A stretch of DNA of 61,076 nucleotides, filler included. It is 6 parts of 6 records of this genome, joined end to end, with 100 filler letters (N's around TTAATTAATTAA, not from the genome) between each part and the next. Parts side by side here need not be neighbours in the genome. Positions count along the whole stretch, not along the records: positions 1 to 27,167 come from SRR20825010_3959; positions 27,268 to 37,285 come from SRR20825010_3971; 4 more parts are not named here. One strand, given 5' to 3'. A program made the position numbers and the translations under genes. The notes below the pieces were generated by a model. The model made no database searches, had not been told where the DNA came from, and saw nothing but the letters and a program-made list of their open reading frames with translations. Positions 20,525 through 30,304 of this stretch are shown here, in pieces; position 1 is the stretch's first letter; every line of letters starts with the position of its first letter.

Positions 20525-21611
20525 ATTTCTTGTCCGACGTATCCGGCCCCAGAAAGACAAACTTCTTAGCTTCCTCACCCTGCAACCCCACAAGGAAGGG
20601 CGCGAAAGACCCCGGCAGCGTGATCACGTCGTAAAGCTCTTCCACCGAACCCGTAATATCGATGCGGTGTTCGATCTCGCCTGTGGTGATGTTGACCATA
20701 TAGATGCCGCAGACGGGTTCGACACCGCGCTTGCGCAATTCTTCGTCCAACGGCAAGCCTTCAAAGACTTTGTTGCGCGGTTTTGAAATGCCGATAATCG
20801 CATAGTCGCCGATGAAGCGCAGACCGCGCACAAACCCCGGACACCACGCCACCTGCACGAATTTGTCGGTCTGACGGTCCACATAGCCAAACCAGCCCGT
20901 GCCCGCTTCCAGCACCCAGAGCTTGCCGCGATAGAGGCGCGGCGAATGCGGCATCGCAAGCCCCTCGCACACCACTTTGTCGCCACGCATATCCATGACC
21001 ATGCCGCCATCGGCGCGATGATCGCGCCATCCGCCACGCACATTGGAATTGCCGATCAGTGTCACATAGGCAGGGATACCATTCTCAAGGCAGAAGCCGT
21101 TCAGATGGCAGCGGTCCTCGTTGACGATACGGTCGATAAAGGGCGGGCGCCAGATCGGATTGAAACTGCCACGCATATCGAGGCTCGCCACACAATTATA
21201 GCCTGTGGCCACGGTTAGAAGCCGATCTTTGCGATCAATCGCCAGATCATGCACATCCACTGCGCCGGTCACATGGGCTTGCCGCGGTAGATAGAGCCGG
21301 TCCCAGCCTTCATAGAGCTGGCCTGGCAAGAGCGAATTGGCAAACCGCCAAACCTGATGGCGCATGGACAGCATGAAGCCGTCATCGGTCGGTGCAATTG
21401 CCATGGCCATGTCGAATGTGCGCTCAGAGACAGCAAAGCCGCTGCGCCCGCGCCCGATCATCACCACTTTGCCCGCGGCATAAGTCGAAAAGGCAATGCC
21501 CGCATCATGACGTGCCAGCCAGGCCTGAAAGCCCGGCGTGAAGTTCAGATGAAAGGGAGCTTTCAACTCCTTCTGGGCGTCATCGCCTGCAACCATGGGG
21601 GTCGTTGCCAT
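20523..21611 (-). CDS. TIGR03032 family (DUF4915) protein
   Basis: YLPR..HVTG.VDVHD, F.P.WRPPFI....EDRCHLNG, GL.MPHSPRLY.G.LW.L..GTG and CPGF.RGL.F motifs. Confidence 0.88.
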   Translation of the reverse strand: MATTPMVAGDDAQKELKAPFHLNFTPGFQAWLARHDAGIAFSTYAAGKVVMIGRGRSGFAVSERTFDMAMAIAPTDDGFMLSMRHQVWRFANSLLPGQLYEGWDRLYLPRQAHVTGAVDVHDLAIDRKDRLLTVATGYNCVASLDMRGSFNPIWRPPFIDRIVNEDRCHLNGFCLENGIPAYVTLIGNSNVRGGWRDHRADGGMVMDMRGDKVVCEGLAMPHSPRLYRGKLWVLEAGTGWFGYVDRQTDKFVQVAWCPGFVRGLRFIGDYAIIGISKPRNKVFEGLPLDEELRKRGVEPVCGIYMVNITTGEIEHRIDITGSVEELYDVITLPGSFAPFLVGLQGEEAKKFVFLGPDTSDKK

Positions 21612-22607
21612 TTATCTCTCCTCGGATCGTATCACCGGCGTATTTGCCGCCGGATCATCTCTCCGGTCAAAATTCGGATCGAAATTCAAATCGGCCAATA
21701 GCACCTTTTTGATCGATCGTGTCAGCGTCTCTTCATCCATCTTGCGCACTCTATTGAAGCGCGTTTGAAGATAGTCATCGGCATCGGCGCAAAACCACAT
21801 CCAGTGATCGCGCTTTGCCATGCGGCTGTCACGTGCCGCGTGGCGCTCTAACCGCTGCAACAGTTCTTCCCCGATAGCCAGGGGCACATTGTCATCCATC
21901 ACATAGTCATAAGCGGGCTGGAATTTCTTGTGCAGGTTCATCGGGAACAAATAGGTGTTGCGACTCTCAAACCGCATGCTGCCATCCTTGTCAAACAGGA
22001 TCGCAGGAAAGAAGGGCGCAAGATTGGGAAAATAGCGGTTGGGAATGATTCTGCACTTCCAGTAGTGCCGCGCCACACCGGCAAATTCGAAAAACGAACC
22101 CAGATTATTGAAATTTGCTTCCGAGAGCGGCAGCATCTCCACCTTGATCTTTTTGGGATCGACAGTGTCATTGGCCACATCGAGATAGTAGGAACCGACC
22201 TGTATGGCGTTCTGAAAATAACCACCACGCAGCGCGCCCCATACCCGCTTGATTACACCGCCCGCGCGTACAAACTCATGCATCGCCAGCATACCTGTCA
22301 TATGAGCGGGAACAGGTTCGCGCGACAATTGTGCCAGCATATGGCGCGTAATTTCGAGGCAGAAACTGAGGGGATATTTGGCAGGATCAGCCGACAAGCC
22401 CTCATCGCCCTTGACCGCGCCTTCGGCAGCCCGGTTTCTAAAATGCCGGTCTGTGTTGACGCGCAACTCCAGCATATCGCGGATAATTTCGTCGATACGG
22501 GGCACGATGATTCGTTCGGTCAGCGCCTGCACTGCAGGCGTCACGGGCTGCAGACTGTCAGCCTTGTAGCGTGCGATCAGGCCGTCTACTGAAAATTGAG
22601 TGCTCAT
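21612..22607 (-). CDS. Conserved hypothetical protein (possible transglutaminase/papain-like fold)
   Basis: 331-aa ORF with SD CAGGGGA; motifs KYPLSFCLEIT, WGALRG.YFQNAIQ.G.YY.DVANDTV and YW......N..FP.LAP.FP; its stop abuts the next ATG. Confidence 0.75.
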   Translation of the reverse strand: MSTQFSVDGLIARYKADSLQPVTPAVQALTERIIVPRIDEIIRDMLELRVNTDRHFRNRAAEGAVKGDEGLSADPAKYPLSFCLEITRHMLAQLSREPVPAHMTGMLAMHEFVRAGGVIKRVWGALRGGYFQNAIQVGSYYLDVANDTVDPKKIKVEMLPLSEANFNNLGSFFEFAGVARHYWKCRIIPNRYFPNLAPFFPAILFDKDGSMRFESRNTYLFPMNLHKKFQPAYDYVMDDNVPLAIGEELLQRLERHAARDSRMAKRDHWMWFCADADDYLQTRFNRVRKMDEETLTRSIKKVLLADLNFDPNFDRRDDPAANTPVIRSEER

Positions 22608-22690
22608 AGAATTCCCCTGTCGCTGATTATACAGAATTCAGCATCAGAGCAATGCCTGCAAGTTTCTGGGACCATTGGTGGCTGGAATAG

Positions 22691-22721
22691 AAAAACGGGG
22701 CTGTGATGATCACAGCCCCGT
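22691..22721 (-). terminator. Rho-independent terminator after autotransporter
   Basis: ACGGGGCTGTGA-tga-TCACAGCCCCGT stem with AAAAA at 22691-22695. Confidence 0.85.
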
Positions 22722-22751
22722 CTTCATATGTGTTCGCGTATCAGATGCGTC

Positions 22752-25700
22752 TTACCATTCGAGACGGGCACCCAGCTTCACGCCGCTGGAATTGCCGTTG
22801 TCGCCGCCATAGCCGCCGTCATAGGAGACAAAGGCGGTAAGACCGTTGCCGAAAGTGACATCCACTGCCGCACCCAGCGCCGCGTATGTATTGTCACGCG
22901 TATCGAGTGTCGAGGTGAAGGCACCGCCAGTGGTGTTGAATGTGCCCGAAGCGGTCTGGTCGCCTGCGCGCCACTCCTGCGCCAATGCCGCACTCACTGC
23001 CGGACGGATTGCCCATGCACTGTCAGGGGCTTTGATAGTCACGGCAAGTTCCGCGCCCACGCTGCCACGATAGGTTTCGCTCGTCACGTCACCCACCGAC
23101 ATGCCGCCCGTGCCGCCACCCGTTTCCGTGTAGCCTTCACGTGCCACATGCTGCCAGCCAAGATTGGCTTTCGGCGTCAGTGTCCAGTTGCCCTGGATCG
23201 GGATCGTGTGACCGATCCCCACGCCCGCACCTGTGGTCCAAGCCGTCGGCGATCCATTGGCATTGACCAATGTGCCGCCCGACAGGACCGTACGCTGGAT
23301 ATCCATATCCTGATAACCGGCTGTCACGGCACCCGTCAGGAACGTGTTGCCCATGACGTAATTGGCATAAACGGCTGTGTTGAAACCGTCGATCGTTGTG
23401 CGCGAGCCGCCACCGGATGTTCTAACCGTGCTGTCGATATAGCCACCGGCCAGACCGATGGACAGATTGCCGGTCTTGAAGAGTTCGCCACCGATTGCGC
23501 CGCCAGTGCTGCGCTGCTCGTAGCCACGGGCAAAACCGTCACCCGAGCGGGTGTCGTTCTGCCACAGACCTGTGCCCCACAGACCCTTATTGTGACCGGC
23601 GCCATTGCGCGCCTGACCCAACACAGCATCAAGGAAGCTAAAGCTCGAGGCCGAAGCGCCGCCCACCGAACCGTTGACGCTCGAAGGCGAGGCAGTGGTC
23701 AACGATGCCGTGGTGCCGGTATAGACAATCGCACCGTTCACCACCGTGAATGTACCCGTCACGCCGCCTGTCGAAGTCAGGAAGTCACCAGAGAAGCCGT
23801 CAGCACCACCAAGGAACTGTGGAACGATAGTTGCTCCGGCTGCCACAGTGGCTGTACCGGGTGCGCCAAACACGTTCACGAGATCGGCCACGCCGTTCTC
23901 GATCTGGATGACGAGCTGCGAACCGGCTGCGAAGTTCACGCTGCCATTGATATTCAGAGTTCCGGGCGAATTGCCGGGCGAGATCGTGCCGTAGTTGGTG
24001 ACCGCGCCATAGATCGTGCCGCTACCACCCAGCGTACCGCCGGTATTCACGGTCACACCACCTTCATCAGCATAGAGGTGACCATTGACCTTAAATGTAC
24101 CGCTATTGATCGTTAGCTGATTGACCTCAACATATTCGGTCAAATTCCAGATGCCCGTTGCATCCACCGTCATATCGTCAATGCCGAGAATTTCGTCATT
24201 GAACGTGCCCGCGCCTAGAAGCACCAGATCGTTATTGCTGCCTTCACTGCTGATATCGCCATACACAACAGCAGAATCCAGCGTCAGCAAATTGTTGGAA
24301 GCTTCAAGACTGATGGCAGCGCCTTCAAAGCCCGCAACCGTACCCGCCAAAACAATCGTATTGTTTGAGCCGCTCACATCAATACCTGTGCCGCCATAGA
24401 CTGACGCATCGGAACCGACGTTGATGCTGCTATTCGAACTGTGCAGCACGATGCCTGTGTCACCGCCAAAGACCGAGGAAGACCCGTTCAGGGTAATGCT
24501 CGTCTCGTTGCCCGTTGTGGCAATACCAAAGCCGTAATCGGAACTCACGACGGCAGAATCGTTCAGCGTCAGGTTAAACCCGTCTGTTTCGCCCGACGTC
24601 AGAATAGCCGTATTGTTGGAGCCGTAGCCATGTGTGCGAACAGCGGATGTGCCGTTCAGCGTGATTGTTCCATTGTCTCCGGTCGCATAAATGCCGACAA
24701 CCGAGAATGAGTATTTAAAGCCCGCTGATCCATAAACATCAATGCTGGAGGAGCCGTTCAGCACGATCGCTGTATTGTCACCGCTGGCAAAAACACCAAC
24801 GGCCTGACCGCCAGTTTCAGCAGTCGTAAGAACTTTGATCGACGACGCTCCATTCAGGGCAATCGTACTGGCATTACCGGCGCTGAAAACACCAAGATAC
24901 TTATTCTCGTCGCCACCGGTGCCGATGATGTTGATGGCGGAGTCATTCAACGTTATGTCGCTGGCATATTTGGATTCACCCGTCGCAATAACATTGATGC
25001 CGACATACTTGTTATCCGCGCCGCCATGCGCGTTCACATTGACCGACGAGCCGCCGTTCAGCGTGATCGATCCTGCGTCATCCGAATAGGAGCCGGTAGA
25101 AATGACATTGATGCCGGTATATTTGCTTTCAGTGCCGCCATAGGCGTTGATCGTCACATCCGATCCGCTGTTCAGCGTGACCAGCGACTCAAGACCGCCA
25201 CCATAAATGCCGGAATATTTGTTCGAATAACCGTTAGCCGCGAAGACATTGATGCTCGATCCGTCATTCAGCGTAACTGAAGGGGCAGAGCCACTACCAG
25301 AACCGAAGACCACACCGGCGCTCTGCGCATCCGTCGTACCGCTATAGGCACCGTAAAGTGTGATATCAGAACCACCGTTCAGCGTCAGCGAAGCCACTTC
25401 ATCTGCATATTTGCTTCCGGAGCCGATCATCACCCCGATGATATCGCTATCATTGACGCCGCCTTGCGTGCGTTCCACCACAACACTGGAACCGCCGTTC
25501 AGCGTTACAGAACTGCCGTCGCCACGCGCATAGATGCCCACATATTTCGAGATGCCATCATCCGAGCGGGCAGTGACTTCGACGCTCGACCCGCCGTTCA
25601 GTGTCACGCTGTTGTGGTCGCCATAGCTGACCAGGCCGGTATATTTACCGGAGGCAAGGCCACCATAGCCTTCAAGAATGATCTGCGAACCACCGTTCAG

Positions 25701-26057
25701 CGTCACCGTGTTGTCGTCGCCATAAACGAAGACAGAATATTCGTCGCCATAGGTCTGCGCGATCGAACCGGCACCCAGTGTCACTGTGTTGCTGTCGCCA
25801 TAAAGGCCAATTACGTTTCTGCCTGCATTATACAGTTCCGCATCCGCGTTCAGTGTGATCGTCGCATCATCGGCCGAACCACGGATCGAACCGTAATTAT
25901 AGCCGGAGCAAACAATATCAACGCCATCATCAAGCGGGCCGCCGACGCAAACACTTATAGGATCGGCCGCCGCCGCCGGTGTGGAAATGATGCCGAGGAA
26001 TACAGTACCGGCAGCCGCCAATGCGGACGTGCCCAGCAAGCGGGTGCGCAAGCTCAT
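22752..26057 (-). CDS. Autotransporter (type Va): beta-helical repeat passenger plus outer membrane beta-barrel
   Basis: Signal peptide LLGTSAL...PAAAA; many VTLNGGSS-type repeats; GGTLGGSGTI.G.V.N.GTISPGNSPGTL junction; barrel with YTETG and a C-terminal aromatic (LGARLEW); start ATG 26057 or TTG 26069. Confidence 0.9.
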   Translation of the reverse strand: MSLRTRLLGTSALAAAGTVFLGIISTPAAAADPISVCVGGPLDDGVDIVCSGYNYGSIRGSADDATITLNADAELYNAGRNVIGLYGDSNTVTLGAGSIAQTYGDEYSVFVYGDDNTVTLNGGSQIILEGYGGLASGKYTGLVSYGDHNSVTLNGGSSVEVTARSDDGISKYVGIYARGDGSSVTLNGGSSVVVERTQGGVNDSDIIGVMIGSGSKYADEVASLTLNGGSDITLYGAYSGTTDAQSAGVVFGSGSGSAPSVTLNDGSSINVFAANGYSNKYSGIYGGGLESLVTLNSGSDVTINAYGGTESKYTGINVISTGSYSDDAGSITLNGGSSVNVNAHGGADNKYVGINVIATGESKYASDITLNDSAINIIGTGGDENKYLGVFSAGNASTIALNGASSIKVLTTAETGGQAVGVFASGDNTAIVLNGSSSIDVYGSAGFKYSFSVVGIYATGDNGTITLNGTSAVRTHGYGSNNTAILTSGETDGFNLTLNDSAVVSSDYGFGIATTGNETSITLNGSSSVFGGDTGIVLHSSNSSINVGSDASVYGGTGIDVSGSNNTIVLAGTVAGFEGAAISLEASNNLLTLDSAVVYGDISSEGSNNDLVLLGAGTFNDEILGIDDMTVDATGIWNLTEYVEVNQLTINSGTFKVNGHLYADEGGVTVNTGGTLGGSGTIYGAVTNYGTISPGNSPGTLNINGSVNFAAGSQLVIQIENGVADLVNVFGAPGTATVAAGATIVPQFLGGADGFSGDFLTSTGGVTGTFTVVNGAIVYTGTTASLTTASPSSVNGSVGGASASSFSFLDAVLGQARNGAGHNKGLWGTGLWQNDTRSGDGFARGYEQRSTGGAIGGELFKTGNLSIGLAGGYIDSTVRTSGGGSRTTIDGFNTAVYANYVMGNTFLTGAVTAGYQDMDIQRTVLSGGTLVNANGSPTAWTTGAGVGIGHTIPIQGNWTLTPKANLGWQHVAREGYTETGGGTGGMSVGDVTSETYRGSVGAELAVTIKAPDSAWAIRPAVSAALAQEWRAGDQTASGTFNTTGGAFTSTLDTRDNTYAALGAAVDVTFGNGLTAFVSYDGGYGGDNGNSSGVKLGARLEW

Positions 26058-26232
26058 ATTTATCTTCAAGATAATTCCCCAATAAATCCCTGCGTCCGAC
26101 ACAATGCGGACGTCAGACTACTCACGGTAGCGCATTTTGCGACTCACCGTGAGCACTTCGTAACACCAATCAGATTAAGAATATCGAATTTCGTAGGAAT
26201 AAAAAACCTACCGGGACGATTTCTTCGCCACC

Positions 26233-26712
26233 CTAAACTTCGATCCGGAAATGGTCGAACCAATAGGCTCTGATCTGCCGTCCTTTGGAATTATATCCGA
26301 TCAGCACCAGTCCGGCTGGCAGCACCGGCTTCCGGCCATAGCCCGGCGCCGTGATGACGGCGGCATACCCTGCCACTTTCTCCTGCGGATTGGCTTTGGA
26401 CCACTCGCGCAGCACCTCGCGGGCATGAATGGTCAGGGGCACCGAAACGCCAGATTTTTCTACGTCGGGATGCATCAGAATGCGCAGTTCGGCAAATTTC
26501 TGGCGCACCTGCTCCAGATAGCGCACTTCCGCCGTGGTCACTCCCACCACGCGATCTCCTTGATAGGCGATTGAGACAATTTGCTTGGCCCGCTGGCGTG
26601 GGTCAACATCGGACGGCAACATGCGCGTTTCCTGCCAGAAGGCGACCACATCCTCCTCGCATTTTGCATCATTGCACTGCCAGGCTGGCACATAACGAAT
26701 ATTGTCAGGCAT
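26233..26712 (-). CDS. Hypothetical protein, GNAT-like fold suspected
   Basis: 159-aa ORF with SD AGAGGA; pattern AFW....LP......[17 protein letters not shown]...RILMHPD resembles acyltransferase beta strands. Confidence 0.65.
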   Translation of the reverse strand: MPDNIRYVPAWQCNDAKCEEDVVAFWQETRMLPSDVDPRQRAKQIVSIAYQGDRVVGVTTAEVRYLEQVRQKFAELRILMHPDVEKSGVSVPLTIHAREVLREWSKANPQEKVAGYAAVITAPGYGRKPVLPAGLVLIGYNSKGRQIRAYWFDHFRIEV

Positions 26713-26821
26713 GAACGCCGAATCCTCTTTGATTTTGGCAGACGCTAGCACCTGTGACAGCCACGGTAAAACAGGTAAGCTCTCGACCAAAGCCATTAGA
26801 GCCCATCCGGAGGAAAACCCC

Positions 26822-27167
26822 ATGCATGATCTCGTGATCAAAGGCGGCACTGTTTATGACGGCACGGGTGCAGCCCCTGTCGAGGCCGACATCGCCATCG
26901 ACAATGGCGTCATCTCCGCCATCGGCAAGCTTTCGGCGGGCGGCCGCGAGGAAATCGACGCCAAGGGCCAGATCGTCACGCCGGGCTTCATCGACGTTCA
27001 CACCCATTATGATGGTCAGGTCACATGGGACCCCTATCTCCAACCCTCCACCTTCCATGGTGTCACCACCGCCGTCATGGGCAATTGCGGTGTCGGCTTT
27101 GCCCCCTGCAAGCCTGAACAGCGCGACTGGCTGCTTAGCCTGATGGAAGGTGTCGAGGATATTCCCG
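26822..27167 (+). CDS. N-acyl-D-amino-acid deacylase family amidohydrolase (5' partial gene, cut by contig end)
   Basis: [20 protein letters not shown] and [18 protein letters not shown]; paralogue of 6288-8012. Confidence 0.9.
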
Positions 27168-27267
27168 NNNNNNNNNNNNNNNNNNNNNNNNNNNNNNNNN
27201 NNNNNNNNNNNTTAATTAATTAANNNNNNNNNNNNNNNNNNNNNNNNNNNNNNNNNNNNNNNNNNNN
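27168..27267. other. Artificial contig spacer
   Basis: 44 N + TTAATTAATTAA (stops in all frames) + 44 N. Confidence 0.99.
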
Positions 27268-28613
27268 CCGATGGTCATGCCGAAACCGGCGAGATAGCCC
27301 TCACCCAGAATGCTTCCGGCCATGATTTCCCCCGCCGCCCAGACATTTTCGAGTTTCTTTCCAGCCATGGTCACCCGTGCCGTCTCGTCCACCTTGAGGC
27401 CGAGATAGGTAAAGGTGACGCCGGGACGCAGCGAATAGCCGTAGAACGGCGGCTCCGTGATCGGTCTTGCCCAGTTGGTTTTCTGCGGCTCGACACCATC
27501 CGTCGCCAGTCCGTCCAGCTCCGTCGGATGGAAATCGCCTTCCCGGCAGGCCGCGTTGAAAGCGTCGACCGTCTCCCGCAGCTTCGCGGCGGGGAGGCCC
27601 ATCTGTTCCGCCAGCCCCTCCAGCGTGTCCGACTGCACCGCCGGGAAAACCGAAGGCATGAAGAGCGTGCTGCTCTTGGCATCGATGATCGAATAGGCGA
27701 TCTGATCGGGCTGGGCGGCGACGAGGCGCCCCCAGATGGCATAGCGCTTCGGCCAGACATCCTCCCCCTCGTCGTAGAAGCGTTCACCGTTCTTGTTCAC
27801 AACAACGGAGAACGGCACGCAATCGAGCCTTGTGACGATACCGCCATCGAATTTCGGTGCCCGTCCGTCGATAGCGACGGCGTGGCACTGGGTCGGGTCG
27901 CCGACAGAGTCCGCGCCCTGATCCAGCATGTCCTTCAGAACGACGCCCCGGTTATACGGCGTACCCCGGATCAGGAAATTCCTGGCCGCCGGACCCCAGG
28001 CACGGGCCAGCCAGTCGATATCGCCCTGGAAACCGCCGGAGGCGAGCACGATGGCGCGGCCGACCACCCGGCTGGGCGCGGCCCCCGCGATCTCCACCTC
28101 GACCGCCTGAAACCGCCCATCCTGGATTTCGACATGTTTCACCTGCGCCTCGTAAACCACCTCGACACCGAGGTCGGCCGCCGTGTTGTAATAGGCATTC
28201 ACCAGGGCCTTGCCTCCGCCGAGGAAAAACGCATTGGTTCGTCCCAGCGACAGGGTTCCAGATAGAGACGGCTGAAACCGGACGCCATGGGCTTCCATCC
28301 AGGGCAGACATTTCTCCGATGTCCGGATCGCCAGCCGGGCCAGCCCCTCGTCCGTGTTGCCCTTGGTCACGCGCAGCAGATCGTCGAAATATTCATCCTC
28401 TGCATAAGTATCCGTCAGGACCGACAGCGGCCCCTGATGCATGCAGCGAAAATTCCGTGTGTGGCGCGAATTGCCGCCGCGATAAGTTTTCGGGGCGCCT
28501 TCCAGGATGATCACCCGGCAACCGGCTTCGGCTGCTTCGATGGCCGCGCACAGGGCTGCGTTTCCACCGCCGACAACGACGACATCCCACACTTTATTGG
28601 TAATTTCAGACAG
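27268..28613 (-). CDS. tcuA: FAD-dependent tricarballylate dehydrogenase TcuA-like (3' end truncated)
   Basis: DVVVVGGGNAALCAA, RGGNSRHTRN, RTNAFFLGGGKAL, CHAVAID.RAPKFDGGIVTR and GYLAGFGMTI; likely CTG start at 28613 behind GAAGGAG. Confidence 0.88.
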
Positions 28614-28682
28614 GGCTTCTCTCCTTCGGCGGGCCGTTCGGCCAAGCATCATGCGATGCCGGTCAGCGGCCTTCTTGGAAGG

Positions 28683-28712
28683 ATTGTATACAATGTTTCT
28701 TCGTGCAGTCAA
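28683..28712 (-). promoter_or_regulatory. Sigma70 promoter overlapped by palindrome ATTGTATACAAT (GntR-type operator)
   Basis: Minus strand TTGACT (28712-28707), 18 nt spacer, TACAAT; perfect palindrome at 28683-28694. Confidence 0.7.
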
Positions 28713-28742
28713 TCGGCCTGGACATGCGTGTTCCGCCCAGCC

Positions 28743-29495
28743 TCAGCGCTTGGCCGCGTAATAGGAGACCCGTCGCTCAAGATAGGAGAGGCATTCCGAA
28801 ATCGTGAAGGCGAGCGCGAAAAGCACGATCAGGACAGCCCAGAAATGCGCCATCAGGAAGTTGTTCGCATACAGCTCGAACAGCGCCCCAAAGCCGACGA
28901 TGGAGATCAGCAACTGACCGATGATCACGCCCTTGACCGCCCGGATCACGCCGATCCGCACGCCGCCCAGGATTTCCGGCAGGGCAGCCCAGAAATAGAT
29001 CTTGAAAAAGGCGTCCAGCGGCGACGCCCCGAAAGAGCGGGCCATCTCCACCAGGGACCGGTTGATCTGTAATACGCCGGCGCGGGAATTCAGGATGATG
29101 ATCCAGATCGCGAACAGCGTGGTGGTGATGATGATCGCCTTCATGCCGAAACCGAAAAGGACCATCAGCACCGGCACCAATGCCGTCAGGGGCGCGCTCA
29201 GGAACATGTTCACCCAGGGCAGCAGGAGTTCATCGAGCAGGCGGCTCTTGCCCATCAGGATGCCCGTCGGAATTCCGATGAAGACAGCAAAGAATACACC
29301 GGCGAAGAACGCGTAGGCCGTTTCGTACAGGGCTTTCAGAAATGCCGGGGTCCCGATAACGGAGATCAGGGTGCTCACCACCTCGGAAAGCGGCGGCACG
29401 AAGAAGGTCACATCGAGTCTGCCGACGACCTCCCAGAGCAATCCCCAGAGGATCAGCGATGACATGCCGGGAAGCTTATAGCCGAAAAGTGTCAT
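28743..29495 (-). CDS. NitT/TauT family ABC transporter permease
   Basis: EAA-like loop LVEMARSFGAS..D.F.KI..WAALPEI; multiple TM segments. Confidence 0.9.
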   Translation of the reverse strand: MTLFGYKLPGMSSLILWGLLWEVVGRLDVTFFVPPLSEVVSTLISVIGTPAFLKALYETAYAFFAGVFFAVFIGIPTGILMGKSRLLDELLLPWVNMFLSAPLTALVPVLMVLFGFGMKAIIITTTLFAIWIIILNSRAGVLQINRSLVEMARSFGASPLDAFFKIYFWAALPEILGGVRIGVIRAVKGVIIGQLLISIVGFGALFELYANNFLMAHFWAVLIVLFALAFTISECLSYLERRVSYYAAKR

Positions 29496-29503
29496 CTCAG
29501 CCC

Positions 29504-30304
29504 TTACTCCACATAACTGCGCAGGGAAGCCCAGATCCGGTCGACGATATCGAGATATTCCGGATCGCGCCGGATACTGTCGGCACCCTTGCCGCGGATT
29601 CCGGATGGCCGGATGATTTCCGAGACCCGGCTTGGACGGGGCAGCAGGATCGCGATCTGGTCCGAGACATAGACCGCCTCCTCGATCGAGTGGGTCACGA
29701 AGATGAAGGTCTTGTTCTCGTTCGCCACCAGATTGAGCAGATCTTCCTGGAACTTGCGCCTCGTCTGCTCATCGACGGCCGAAAACGGCTCATCCATCAA
29801 CAAGACCTGCGCATCGACGGAGAGCGCCCGTGCAAGGCCCACGCGCTGGCGCATGCCGCCAGAGAGTTCATGCGGATAACTGTTCTCGAAACCGGCGAGA
29901 CCGACATCCCGAATATAGCGTTCGGCAATCCCTTCCCGCTCCGACTTGGCAACCCCTCTGAGCTCCAGGCCGAAGGCGACGTTCCGGATCACGCTGGCCC
30001 AGGGCAGAAGGGCGAAATCCTGAAACACGAAGGCCCTGTCCGGTCCGGGTCCGGCCACCTGCTCGCCATTGACCAGGATCTCGCCCGACGACGGCTCCAG
30101 GAGTCCCGCGATGATTTTCAGCAGGGTTGTCTTGCCGCAGCCGGACGGGCCAAGCAGCGATGTCAGCTGACCGCGCGGAAAATCGAGCGACAGATCGCGC
30201 AATGCTTCAACGTCACCGTAATTCTTCGAGATGTTGCGCGCGGTAACCGCGTTCTCCGGTGCCGGAGTTGAGGGAGTGTCCGGCCTATCGCTAATCTGAG
30301 ACAT
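29504..30304 (-). CDS. NitT/TauT family ABC transporter ATP-binding protein
   Basis: Walker A GPSGCGKT, signature LSGGMRQR, Walker B LLMDEPF and H-loop VTHS. Confidence 0.95.
   Translation of the reverse strand: MSQISDRPDTPSTPAPENAVTARNISKNYGDVEALRDLSLDFPRGQLTSLLGPSGCGKTTLLKIIAGLLEPSSGEILVNGEQVAGPGPDRAFVFQDFALLPWASVIRNVAFGLELRGVAKSEREGIAERYIRDVGLAGFENSYPHELSGGMRQRVGLARALSVDAQVLLMDEPFSAVDEQTRRKFQEDLLNLVANENKTFIFVTHSIEEAVYVSDQIAILLPRPSRVSEIIRPSGIRGKGADSIRRDPEYLDIVDRIWASLRSYVE

Noticed and set aside
22728-24116. Long antisense ORFs (462 aa here; also 6948-8255, 41923-42864 and 56419-57738)
   Set aside because: Shadow ORFs opposite well-supported genes in GC-rich DNA; no recognisable motifs
26121-26153. 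Hairpin CTCACGGT..ACCGTGAG upstream of the autotransporter, containing the TTTGCGACTCA 11-mer also seen at 1961
   Set aside because: Second half does not fit a Fur box; a single hairpin is too weak to call a regulatory RNA
26822-27167. Second D-aminoacylase-family paralogue on the same contig as 6288-8012
   Set aside because: Diverged paralogues are common in this family; not a recent duplication or repeat
27212-27223. TTAATTAATTAA palindrome repeated five times
   Set aside because: Artificial linker inside N padding; not biological
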